A program made the position numbers and the translations under genes. From positions 1-25,580 of IMG/VR virus record IMGVR_UViG_3300003375_000132: DNA of 25,580 bases. The stretch is one strand, 5' to 3'. The notes beneath the pieces are model-generated. The model made no database searches. It was not told the DNA's origin and was given only the letters and a program-made list of their open reading frames with translations. The stretch's first letter is position 1. Each line of letters begins with the position of its first letter. This DNA comes from a virus (Duplodnaviria; Caudoviricetes). Of the stretch, positions 7,251-15,020 are shown piece by piece.

Positions 7251-7801
7251 AAACCCTACAAGAAATCAAAGGCCGCTGCTTTATTGACGAAGCCGGGCAT
7301 TGGATCTGGCGCGGCGCCACGCAGGACGGCCAATCGATCCCGGTCATTCAGGGCCCCAACCTGTCCAAGGGCGGAGTGCAGCAACCCCAGACCGGCGCGC
7401 GGGTTGTCTGGCAGCTCAAGCACCAGAAGGCGATACCGCCGAAATATCGCTGCTACGCCGAATGCTTTGTCCCGCTCTGCATCAATCCCGACTGTGTTGT
7501 CGCCAGCACCACGACCGTGATGCACGCCAAACGCCAGAAAGCCGGGCTGTTCATGAAGTCCATTCGCCGCACCATGGCCAACCGGCGATCTGCCGAGGCA
7601 TTTTCAAAGATCACCGCCGAGATGTATCAGGAAATCATTTCCAGCAGCGAAACCGGCCCCGTGATCGGCGCGCGGCTGGGGATAACCCGCCATCTGGTCA
7701 GCAAGGTTCGCACCGGCAAAACCGGACTGAGATTTCAGCCAGTTGGCGGCATGTTCACGGGCCTGCTGGCTGCCAACACCCAATGGAGCAAGCGGGCATG
7801 A
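7247..7801 (+). CDS. degenerate HNH/His-Me-finger-like protein with C-terminal HTH
   Basis: HWIWRGA...CFVPLCINPDCV and GPVIGARLGITRHLVSKVRTG; catalytic His positions are not conserved. Confidence 0.6.
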   Translation: MKTLQEIKGRCFIDEAGHWIWRGATQDGQSIPVIQGPNLSKGGVQQPQTGARVVWQLKHQKAIPPKYRCYAECFVPLCINPDCVVASTTTVMHAKRQKAGLFMKSIRRTMANRRSAEAFSKITAEMYQEIISSSETGPVIGARLGITRHLVSKVRTGKTGLRFQPVGGMFTGLLAANTQWSKRA

Positions 7802-8255
7802 GAAAGCACTGCAAACGAAAACACCGGCCGTTGTTAACCGATCCAGTCGGATTTGTCGTGGAAGGCGCGGCAATCACGTCGCAAGCCATGCTGGACAAGC
7901 TCCGAATCCGGGACTTGGCCGCAATCGAGGCATTCGTGAAGGGCCAGGGCGGCTTGCAGGAATGGAGCGACATCAACGCCATTCAATCCATTGCCGAAAC
8001 CATGGCCTTGGGCGGCATTGGCCCCGAAGCCCTGCCAGCGTGCCAAGCCGCCGAAAAGCCCTATGGGACTGCGCCAGGCAGTTCGAGGATCGTCAAACCA
8101 TGGTCCTGCGGGCTGACGGCATCAAGGCGTTTCGCGAGCTTTACGAATACCACGATCTGCAACGCACGTCGATTTCTCGCGCGGAATACGAGCGGTGGAT
8201 TCAAAAGGCGGCAAACAGAGTTAGGTCAAAGGGTAAAGGGGTTGTGACGCTATGA
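7798..8255 (+). pseudogene. hypothetical phage gene interrupted by a 1-nt frameshift near 8053-8058
   Basis: Protein-like MRKHCKRK...ACQAAEK continues plausibly only in the -1 frame (ALWDCARQF...YERWIQKAANR), whose stop overlaps the next ATG. Confidence 0.6.
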
Positions 8256-8473
8256 GTTATGGCTGCCACAACCGCGCGCCGTTTCGGGAGGTCTACCCGG
8301 TGCAAGACGGGTGGTACATGGATGGAAAGACCCGCGTTCCGCGCATGACGGCTGCCAAGCACGTCCTTTCCCGCGACTGCCAGTACACCAACTCCGACCC
8401 GGGCCGCGTGGACCCGGGCTGTGTTGGGTGCAAGCACCGAATTTCAACCGAGGAGAACCATGCAAAACGATGA
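8252..8473 (+). CDS. Cys-containing hypothetical protein
   Basis: YGCHNR...DCQY...DPGCVGCKH; coupled start. Confidence 0.7.
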   Translation: MSYGCHNRAPFREVYPVQDGWYMDGKTRVPRMTAAKHVLSRDCQYTNSDPGRVDPGCVGCKHRISTEENHAKR

Positions 8474-9026
8474 TCCAGTGTTCCAGGATGCCAGCCATGC
8501 CCTGCACGTCAGCTACCTGATCCACTCCATGCCGGCGCGCCAGGTCAGTCCGACCGCCGTCGTGATCGACATGTTGGTGAAGCAAAACCGCGTCTGGGAC
8601 GAACTGCCGCCGCCGGGTAAACGCCGGGTGAACTTCTCCGGCCTGTCGCCGCTTGAGGTCCGGGCCCAGTGTGCCCAGGTGGTGGCCATGGTCAACCACC
8701 TGCCCCACCACGCCGAAGCGAGCGCCTGCAGGGCGATTTACGGGCACCAGGCAATCAAGGCTTCGGGCGTGCGCGCGATGGCGCTGTACCTGGAGCCGAT
8801 CTTGAAGTTGTCGGGCGATGCTTGCTTGTACGTGGCATGGCACGTGTTCATGACGCCGAAGCAGCGCGAGGGTGTGACCCTCAGCGACATCGCCAGCAAA
8901 TTCGGTCTGACGATGCAAGCCGTTCGATATGCCGCGTCCTCGATGCGCGCCTACGGGGTCTCGCTGCACGGTCGGGCCGTTTCGGCATTGACCGATAGAT
9001 TCACAGCTGGCGTTCTGATACCTTAG
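8460..9026 (+). CDS. putative late-gene regulator (Q position), C-terminal HTH
   Basis: AGGAG SD; last early gene; TLSDIASKFGLTMQAV HTH; followed by a promoter and terminator. Confidence 0.6.
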   Translation: MQNDDPVFQDASHALHVSYLIHSMPARQVSPTAVVIDMLVKQNRVWDELPPPGKRRVNFSGLSPLEVRAQCAQVVAMVNHLPHHAEASACRAIYGHQAIKASGVRAMALYLEPILKLSGDACLYVAWHVFMTPKQREGVTLSDIASKFGLTMQAVRYAASSMRAYGVSLHGRAVSALTDRFTAGVLIP

Positions 9027-9084
9027 TACACCCCGAATTAAATCTGACGCGAAACTTACAAAAATGCTCCAGCAACCGCCGTGC

Positions 9085-9093
9085 GTGGTATAA
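9085..9093 (+). promoter_or_regulatory. putative late promoter, extended -10
   Basis: TGG-TATAAA in the intergenic region after the Q-position gene. Confidence 0.45.
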
Positions 9094-9167
9094 ATATGCC
9101 AGTCTTGGGAAACTTGTATCAAGGCTCGCTGCGACTCAGGTAGCGTCAAAACACTGAGGCCAATTCC

Positions 9168-9200
9168 AAGCCGCCACGGTTCACGCCCTGGCGGCTTTTT
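9168..9200 (+). terminator. intrinsic terminator (tR'-like)
   Basis: AAGCCGCCA...TGGCGGCTT stem followed by a T run. Confidence 0.7.
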
Positions 9201-9206
9201 CGTTTC

Positions 9207-9302
9207 GCGGTGCCGTCAGGCTGCGGGTTAGCGCCGCAGCGCGGTCGATTGCAAGCTCCTATGGTTGGTAAGAACGCTGCTTCATGCGGCTGACGGCACC
9301 GC
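9207..9302 (+). ncRNA. putative structured RNA element
   Basis: Perfect 13-bp closing stem GCGGTGCCGTCAG/CTGACGGCACCGC, with inner 7-bp hairpin 9220-9240. Confidence 0.4.
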
Positions 9303-9331
9303 TCCCTCAATTCACCCATCTCCCTCTAGTC

Positions 9332-9424
9332 ATGAACCTGACCGAAATCGCCATCGCCTGCCGGACGTTCATCATCTTGGTGGAGGCCGGCGCCGAGACT
9401 GCGAAGGCAACGGGCGCTAAATGA
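9332..9424 (+). CDS. 30-aa ORF coupled to terS
   Basis: MNLTEIAIACRTFIILVEAGAETAKATGAK; ATGA overlap with terS; no SD. Confidence 0.3.
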   Translation: MNLTEIAIACRTFIILVEAGAETAKATGAK

Positions 9425-10068
9425 CGCAAGCCGGGAAGACCGCGCCAGACTGGGAGCGCATCGAATCCGAATACCGGGCCGGCGTCCTGTCAGTGCGCGA
9501 GATTGCCGCTTCCCAGGGGATAACGCACGGCGCAATCAACAAGCGAGCCAAGCGGGACGGATGGGAGCGCGATCTATCAGCGAAGATCAAGGCGAAGGCT
9601 GATGCACTGGTATCCAAAGCGTTGGTATCCACGCCGGTATCCAGAGAAACAGCGGCTACCGAGCGGCAGATTGTTGAAGCCGGTGCCGAGGCAATTGCCA
9701 GAGTCCGCATGGCCCACCGCACCGACATCAGCCGAAGCCGGGCGCTCGTGATGTCTCTGCTGGCCGAGCTTGAGACGGAAACCGGCAGCATTGACCTGTT
9801 CCACCAGCTTGGCGAAATGATGGCCAAGCCCGACGACCGAGGTTTCGACAAGCTGAACGACCTGTATCGCAAGGTGATCAGTCTGTCGGGCCGTGTGGAC
9901 AACTCCAAGAAGCTGTCCGAGGCCCTCAAGCATCTGATCGGCCTGGAGCGCGAGGCCTACGGACTGGACGATGCCCCGTCGAACGCCGCGCCTGGTGCTG
10001 GCCTGCAGGTTCTCATGCCGCTGGAAGAATATGAGCGTCGCGCCAGGCAGCTTGTCCAAGAAATATGA
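9421..10068 (+). CDS. terS: terminase small subunit
   Basis: PDWERIESEYRAGVLSVREIA...AINKRAKRDGW HTH; directly upstream of terL. Confidence 0.85.
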   Translation: MTQAGKTAPDWERIESEYRAGVLSVREIAASQGITHGAINKRAKRDGWERDLSAKIKAKADALVSKALVSTPVSRETAATERQIVEAGAEAIARVRMAHRTDISRSRALVMSLLAELETETGSIDLFHQLGEMMAKPDDRGFDKLNDLYRKVISLSGRVDNSKKLSEALKHLIGLEREAYGLDDAPSNAAPGAGLQVLMPLEEYERRARQLVQEI

Positions 10069-12562
10069 CACCGGAGACCGCCAGGCCGCAGCAATAACGG
10101 CCCGGGCCGACCTGTATTTCTTCAGCCGCTGGATGTTCTTGCAGCGGCGCGGCTTCAAGTGGCAGCGCGCGAATCATCACAAGATGATTTGCGATGCCCT
10201 GATGCGGGTATTCCGGGGCGAGTGCAAACGGCTGATCATCAATATACCGCCCAGGTACTCGAAGACCGAGCTGGCGGTGGTCAATTTCATGGCTTGGGCC
10301 TTCGGGCACGTGCCAGACGCTGAGTTCATCCATACCAGCTACTCCGGCACGCTGGCAATCAACAACAGCACCGCCGTGCGCAGCCTGGTGCAGCACGATG
10401 CCTATGCCGAGATTTTCCCGGACATGGCGCTGGCCAGCGACGCTCAGCACCACTGGAAGACAACGGCGGGCGGCGTCATGTACGCCACTGGTACCGGGGG
10501 AACGATCACCGGCTTTGGTGCCGGGAAGCTGCGCGAGGGGTTCGGCGGGTGCTTCCCGGTAGGGACGCGCGTCTGGACTGAAGCCGGACTGCTGCCGATT
10601 GATCGCATGGTGCGTGAACGGATAGCGGTCAAGGTATGGTCATTCGATTACGCCGGAAAGATGGTCTTGCGTCCTGTCACGGCGTGGCATGAGAATCCGC
10701 CGAACGCGATTGTGCGAGTCACATTCGACGACGGCGCCAGTGTTGAATGCACGCCAGACCATCAGTTCTGGACCGAAGGTCGTGGGTGGGTTCGTGCTGA
10801 TTCACTCAGCGTAGATGATCGACTTCCCTGCATCCACAGCGGCGTAGAGAGCCTTGATGACGTCAGCGTCCACGCCAATGGAATCGGCGGTCGGCCTGAT
10901 ACCGCGACCGTCCTTGCGACCGGTGCGAGCCGCCCGGTTGGCGATCGCGAATTCGGCTTGCGACTTGGTGAGTTTGGTCCGCAGGTAAGTCTTGCTTCCG
11001 CGCTCGTTGATAACTTTCGCGCCGCCAGTGACGGACTTCCATGTGTCGCCGCGCCAGATTTGGTTAACGACAGCCGCAGTCACTCCGTAGCGCACAGCCA
11101 AATCCTCAGCAGCAATGCCGATGGCGTTGTAGATGGCGAGTGCCCGATCGTTGGTGAGGATTGCGACCGGGTGCACCTCGGCCTCGCTGAAAGTCCCATG
11201 GTTTTGGCTGTCGACGATATTTGCTGCTCTGGTGTCGTACCGGATGTTGTCGAGCCTGTTATTGCTGGAATCGCCGTCAGTGTGGCAAACATCGCTGCCA
11301 GCAGGCTGATTGCCGACGAAGGTTCGCATCACCAGCTGGTGGATGTAGAAGATTACCGGCTTGGCATTTCTGGACAGACTGACTCTAAAGTACCCTTTGC
11401 CGTCGTTGCTGGGCTTGAGAACTTTCCCGGGCTGAATGTAGGAATGCCCGCTGCCTGCGTTGGTGATCAAGCGGCTTTCGCTGCGCACGCGACCGTGGTC
11501 GCTGACAGAGTAGAGCCCTTCATAGCCGGGAACCGGCAACCAGTGCTCGTCGAGTACGTCCGCCATGATGAGTCCACCTTCTGTTTGACGGTTGATGATT
11601 ATCATAATTTTACCGTCGAATCTGGTTTGGTGGTAAAAAATTGCATAATCATTGACGATCCGCACAAGGCGGACGAGGCGACCTCGGACACGGTACGCAA
11701 GGGCGTGATTGATTGGTTCCAGAACACGCTGGAAAGCCGGAAAAACTCGCCGGACACGCCGATCATTCTGATCATGCAGCGGCTGCACCAGAACGATCTG
11801 GCTGGCTGGCTGCTGGGTGGCGGCAATGGCGAGAAGTGGGAACACCTGAAGCTGTCCGCCTGGAATGACGACGGCACGCCGCTTTGGCCGGAAAAGCACA
11901 CGGCCGAAGTGCTGCGGCTGATGGAAAAAGCATCGCCGTACGTCTTTGCCGGCCAGTACCGACAAGAGCCGGCACCGTCAGGCGGCGCGATCTTCAAGCC
12001 GGACGCGATGCAGGTCATCGACGCGGTGCCGGTCGGGACGCGCTTTGTGCGCGGCTGGGACCTTGCGGCGACCCAAGGAGGCGGCGACTGGACGGCCGGC
12101 GTGAAAATTGGCTGGATGCCAGATGGCCGCTACCTGATCGCGCATTCCAACCGATTTCAGGGCGGTCCGCACGAGGTAAAGACCACCCTGGTCAACACGG
12201 CGCAGCTCGACGGACCTGAATGCCGGGTGCGGCTTCCGCAAGACCCTGGGCAGGCCGGAAAAGCACAAGCGGCCAGCCTCATCGGCGCGCTGGCAGGTTA
12301 CCCAGCGACCAGCAAGCCAGTCACTGGAGACAAGACGACACGGGCCAGCCCGCTGGCAGCCCAGGTGAACGTCGGCAACGTGCTGATGCTGCGTGGCGGC
12401 TGGAATGCCGAATTTGTCGAGGAACTGCGCATGTTCCCGGCTGGAACGCATGACGACCAGGTGGACGCTGCCAGCGACGCCTTCAACGAATTGGCAGGTC
12501 CTTCGGACTTCGGTCTGGTGGACTTTGCAGAAGCCGAATTGCGGCGAATGGGGAAATTGTGA
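10031..12562 (+). CDS. terL: terminase large subunit precursor containing an intein (about 843 aa, about 479 aa after splicing)
   Basis: Walker A INIPPRYSKT, Walker B IIIDDP, IMQRLH, nuclease motifs RGWDLA and HDDQVDA. Start is uncertain (10031 ATG or 10052 TTG). Confidence 0.95.
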   Translation: MSVAPGSLSKKYDTGDRQAAAITARADLYFFSRWMFLQRRGFKWQRANHHKMICDALMRVFRGECKRLIINIPPRYSKTELAVVNFMAWAFGHVPDAEFIHTSYSGTLAINNSTAVRSLVQHDAYAEIFPDMALASDAQHHWKTTAGGVMYATGTGGTITGFGAGKLREGFGGCFPVGTRVWTEAGLLPIDRMVRERIAVKVWSFDYAGKMVLRPVTAWHENPPNAIVRVTFDDGASVECTPDHQFWTEGRGWVRADSLSVDDRLPCIHSGVESLDDVSVHANGIGGRPDTATVLATGASRPVGDREFGLRLGEFGPQVSLASALVDNFRAASDGLPCVAAPDLVNDSRSHSVAHSQILSSNADGVVDGECPIVGEDCDRVHLGLAESPMVLAVDDICCSGVVPDVVEPVIAGIAVSVANIAASRLIADEGSHHQLVDVEDYRLGISGQTDSKVPFAVVAGLENFPGLNVGMPAACVGDQAAFAAHATVVADRVEPFIAGNRQPVLVEYVRHDESTFCLTVDDYHNFTVESGLVVKNCIIIDDPHKADEATSDTVRKGVIDWFQNTLESRKNSPDTPIILIMQRLHQNDLAGWLLGGGNGEKWEHLKLSAWNDDGTPLWPEKHTAEVLRLMEKASPYVFAGQYRQEPAPSGGAIFKPDAMQVIDAVPVGTRFVRGWDLAATQGGGDWTAGVKIGWMPDGRYLIAHSNRFQGGPHEVKTTLVNTAQLDGPECRVRLPQDPGQAGKAQAASLIGALAGYPATSKPVTGDKTTRASPLAAQVNVGNVLMLRGGWNAEFVEELRMFPAGTHDDQVDAASDAFNELAGPSDFGLVDFAEAELRRMGKL
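10550..11641 (+). mobile_element. intein (364 aa) inserted just before terL Walker B
   Basis: Block A CFPVGTRVWT, block B ECTPDHQF, block F TFCLTVDDYHNF, block G GLVVKN followed by +1 Cys. Removal restores GFGG-CIIIDDPHK. Confidence 0.93.
10802..11566 (-). CDS. NUMOD4-HNH homing endonuclease, 254 aa, nested antisense in the intein
   Basis: EHWLPVPGYEGLYSVSDHGRVRS (NUMOD4), IHQLVMRTFVG...VCHTDGDSSNNRLDNIRY (HNH), C-terminal HTH-like segments; AAGGTGG SD before ATG 11566. Confidence 0.92.
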   Translation of the reverse strand: MADVLDEHWLPVPGYEGLYSVSDHGRVRSESRLITNAGSGHSYIQPGKVLKPSNDGKGYFRVSLSRNAKPVIFYIHQLVMRTFVGNQPAGSDVCHTDGDSSNNRLDNIRYDTRAANIVDSQNHGTFSEAEVHPVAILTNDRALAIYNAIGIAAEDLAVRYGVTAAVVNQIWRGDTWKSVTGGAKVINERGSKTYLRTKLTKSQAEFAIANRAARTGRKDGRGIRPTADSIGVDADVIKALYAAVDAGKSIIYAE

Positions 12563-12735
12563 AATTCATCAAAGCTCTGCTGAAATGCGAAACGGCACTC
12601 ACCGTGCCGTTCTTTTTGGTCGCTTGGTTCCTGTGCGCCATCGTGGTTTCAGTGAAGTCTGGCTATGACATGGCCCGCATGGACGCGGCTGAGAAGGCCG
12701 ATCTGCTGAATATGCTGTTCGGGAAGTCCGAATGA
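12559..12735 (+). CDS. small single-TM protein, 58 aa
   Basis: Manual translation MKFIKALLKCETALTVPFFLVAWFLCAIVVSVKSGYDM...; GTGA and ATGA overlaps with terL and portal. Confidence 0.6.
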   Translation: MKFIKALLKCETALTVPFFLVAWFLCAIVVSVKSGYDMARMDAAEKADLLNMLFGKSE

Positions 12736-14219
12736 CGCCCGCAGAGTTGATCCGAAAGGCTATCGGCCAGCGCACGGCAATCACGCCGGCGCAAATTCGG
12801 GCGGCCACGAACGGCGCGACCGATAGCGGCCTGAACGGCGGCTTATCCTGGATGGGCCCGATGCAGCCCATTGACGCCCAGCAGTCGCAGGTTGCCGGCC
12901 GCGCATGGGACTTCCCGGTCGGCGTCAACCTCCAGTACACGCCGCGCGGTACAGAAGCAATCAACTTCGACCAGTTGCGCTCGCTGGCTGACAACTTCGA
13001 CCTGGTGCGCCTGTTGATAGAGACGCGCAAGGACCAGCTGGTCAAGATCAAGTTCAACGTCCAGGCTATCGACCCGAAGCAAGACAGCGACGGCGATCCT
13101 CGGATCAAGCAGGTCGAAGACTTCCTGAAGATGCCGGACAAGCGCACGATGTGGCAGCCGTGGCTTCGCGCACTCATCGAGGACATGCTGGTCATCGACG
13201 CTGCGACGGTGTACCCGCGCATGGATCGCGGCGGTGGCCTGTTCAGCCTGGAACTGATTGATGGCGCGACGATCAAGCGCGTTATCGACGACTTTGGCCG
13301 CCAGCCGCTGCCCCCGCAGCCAGCCTTCCAGCAGATCCTGAAGGGCGTGCCAGCGGTCGACTACACCAGCGATGAGCTGATCTACGCGCCGCGCAACGTG
13401 CGCACCCACAAGCTCTATGGCTTCAGCCCGCTGGAACAGATCGTGATGACCGTGAACATCGGTCTGCGCCGGCAGTTGAGCCAGCTGCAGTACTACACAG
13501 TTGGCAGCACGCCCGACCTGATCTTCAGCGTGCCGGCAACCTGGACGATGGAGCAGATCAAGACCTATCAGATGTGGTGGGACGCGACCCTGGCCGGGAA
13601 CACCGCGGCGCGCCGTGGCACCAAGTTTGTGCCATCCGGAATGTCACCCTACGACACCAAGGCGCAGGCACTCAAAGACGACTATGACGAGTGGCTGGCG
13701 CGCGTGTGTTGTTTCGCTTTCAGTGTTCCGCCCTCGCCTTTCATCAAGCAGATGAACCGCGCCACCGCGCAGAACGCCCAAGAAGCGGCGATTTCTGAGG
13801 GCCTGATTCCGCTGATGCAGTGGGTCAAGGATCTGATGGACAGCGTGATTTGGCGCTATTTCGGGTTCACGGACCTGTGCTTCGCTTGGCAAGAAGAAAG
13901 TGAGCAGGATCCGCAAGTTCAGTCGACGATCCTCGACCAGAAGCTTCGCAACGGAACGATCACGATCAACGAAGCGCGCGCGATCGACGGTCTGGACCCT
14001 GTCCCCGGAGCCGACAAGCTGATGATTTACACCGGCGTCGGCGCTACTCCGGTCGAAGTGGCCATGGCCGCTCAACCTGCGCCAGAGCCTGATCCAGACG
14101 CGACCGCGCCTGACGCGGAACACAGCCACCAGGGCGAGAACGAGCCAGAGCCCGACAAGAATCCAAACGCCGCAACGACCGCAAAGGTCGAAAAAAAAAA
14201 CTTGCCAAAGCCGGTGTGA
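12732..14219 (+). CDS. portal protein
   Basis: LYGFSPLEQI, VCCFAFSVPP, GTITINEARAIDGLDPVPGAD; follows terL. Confidence 0.92.
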   Translation: MTPAELIRKAIGQRTAITPAQIRAATNGATDSGLNGGLSWMGPMQPIDAQQSQVAGRAWDFPVGVNLQYTPRGTEAINFDQLRSLADNFDLVRLLIETRKDQLVKIKFNVQAIDPKQDSDGDPRIKQVEDFLKMPDKRTMWQPWLRALIEDMLVIDAATVYPRMDRGGGLFSLELIDGATIKRVIDDFGRQPLPPQPAFQQILKGVPAVDYTSDELIYAPRNVRTHKLYGFSPLEQIVMTVNIGLRRQLSQLQYYTVGSTPDLIFSVPATWTMEQIKTYQMWWDATLAGNTAARRGTKFVPSGMSPYDTKAQALKDDYDEWLARVCCFAFSVPPSPFIKQMNRATAQNAQEAAISEGLIPLMQWVKDLMDSVIWRYFGFTDLCFAWQEESEQDPQVQSTILDQKLRNGTITINEARAIDGLDPVPGADKLMIYTGVGATPVEVAMAAQPAPEPDPDATAPDAEHSHQGENEPEPDKNPNAATTAKVEKKNLPKPV

Positions 14220-14983
14220 GCCCTATTGACCCGGACCGCCAGTCGATCCTGTCGATACAGCAGCTGCTGCAAGACGACCTGGAGGCGTTCCTTCTGACGC
14301 AGGCTGGCGACATCGCCGAGCAGATTTCCGCTGCTCTCGAACTGGACGAGCGCGACGTCGAAAAGATCATTGGTGGCCTGGACTTCAGCGATTGGATCGA
14401 CCTGGTCAAGAAGGTGCAGCCACAACTCGAAAGCGCTGCCAAGGATGGCGGCGAGTCGGCGCTGATCCAGATCGGCCAAAGCGATGCTGAGGACGCATTC
14501 CACGTAGTCAACGAAATGGCCGTGCAATTCGCCCAGGACCGCGCGGCGGAAATGGTCGGCATGAAGTATGTCGACGATGAGCTGGTGCCAAACCCGGATG
14601 CGCAGTGGCAGATCACCGAAGGGACGCGCGACATGATCCGCGACACGGTGATGCAGGCGAGCGAAGAGGGCTGGAGCAACGATCAGGTCGCCAGCGCCCT
14701 GCAGGACAACTACGCATTCAGCGACAGCCGCGCCGAAATGATCGCCCGCACCGAAACGGCGCGCGCGGACGTCCAAGGCTCACTTGCTGGCTACAAGGCG
14801 AGCGGCCTGGTCAGTCAAAAGCAGTGGCTGACCGCTCCGGAGTGCTGCGACGACTGCCAGGACCTGGACGGCATGGTCGTTGACATTGATGAAGAATTTC
14901 CGAATGACGGAGGCGACGGGCCACCGCTTCACCCGCGGTGCCGGTGCGCAGTGCTTCCGGTGCTTGACCCCACCAACGACTGA
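14216..14983 (+). CDS. minor head protein (MuF / SPP1 gp7-like)
   Basis: RAEMIARTETARA, KQWLTA..CCDDCQDLDG, PPLHPRCRC. Confidence 0.9.
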   Translation: MSPIDPDRQSILSIQQLLQDDLEAFLLTQAGDIAEQISAALELDERDVEKIIGGLDFSDWIDLVKKVQPQLESAAKDGGESALIQIGQSDAEDAFHVVNEMAVQFAQDRAAEMVGMKYVDDELVPNPDAQWQITEGTRDMIRDTVMQASEEGWSNDQVASALQDNYAFSDSRAEMIARTETARADVQGSLAGYKASGLVSQKQWLTAPECCDDCQDLDGMVVDIDEEFPNDGGDGPPLHPRCRCAVLPVLDPTND

Positions 14984-15020
14984 CCCCATGTCAGTAAAGC
15001 AACCCCACGAGGAACGAAAA

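Noticed and set aside
7300-8247. 315-aa plus-strand ORF as a single gene
   Set aside because: Only 7798-8058 looks coding; the rest is an alternative frame of neighbouring genes.
9030-9420. tRNA gene or lysis cassette after the Q-position gene
   Set aside because: No cloverleaf/T-loop pattern and no holin/endolysin ORF; lysis genes probably lie outside the window.
10550-11641. Class 3 intein (Cys in block F) or a group I intron
   Set aside because: It has Cys1 and lacks the Trp and Thr of the WCT triplet. The continuous ORF with protein-splicing motifs at both junctions argues against an RNA intron.
11567-11965. 133-aa N-terminal extension of the antisense HNH ORF in the ORF track
   Set aside because: In-register shadow of terL/intein codons with no motif; the NUMOD4 domain starts right after ATG 11566, which has an SD.
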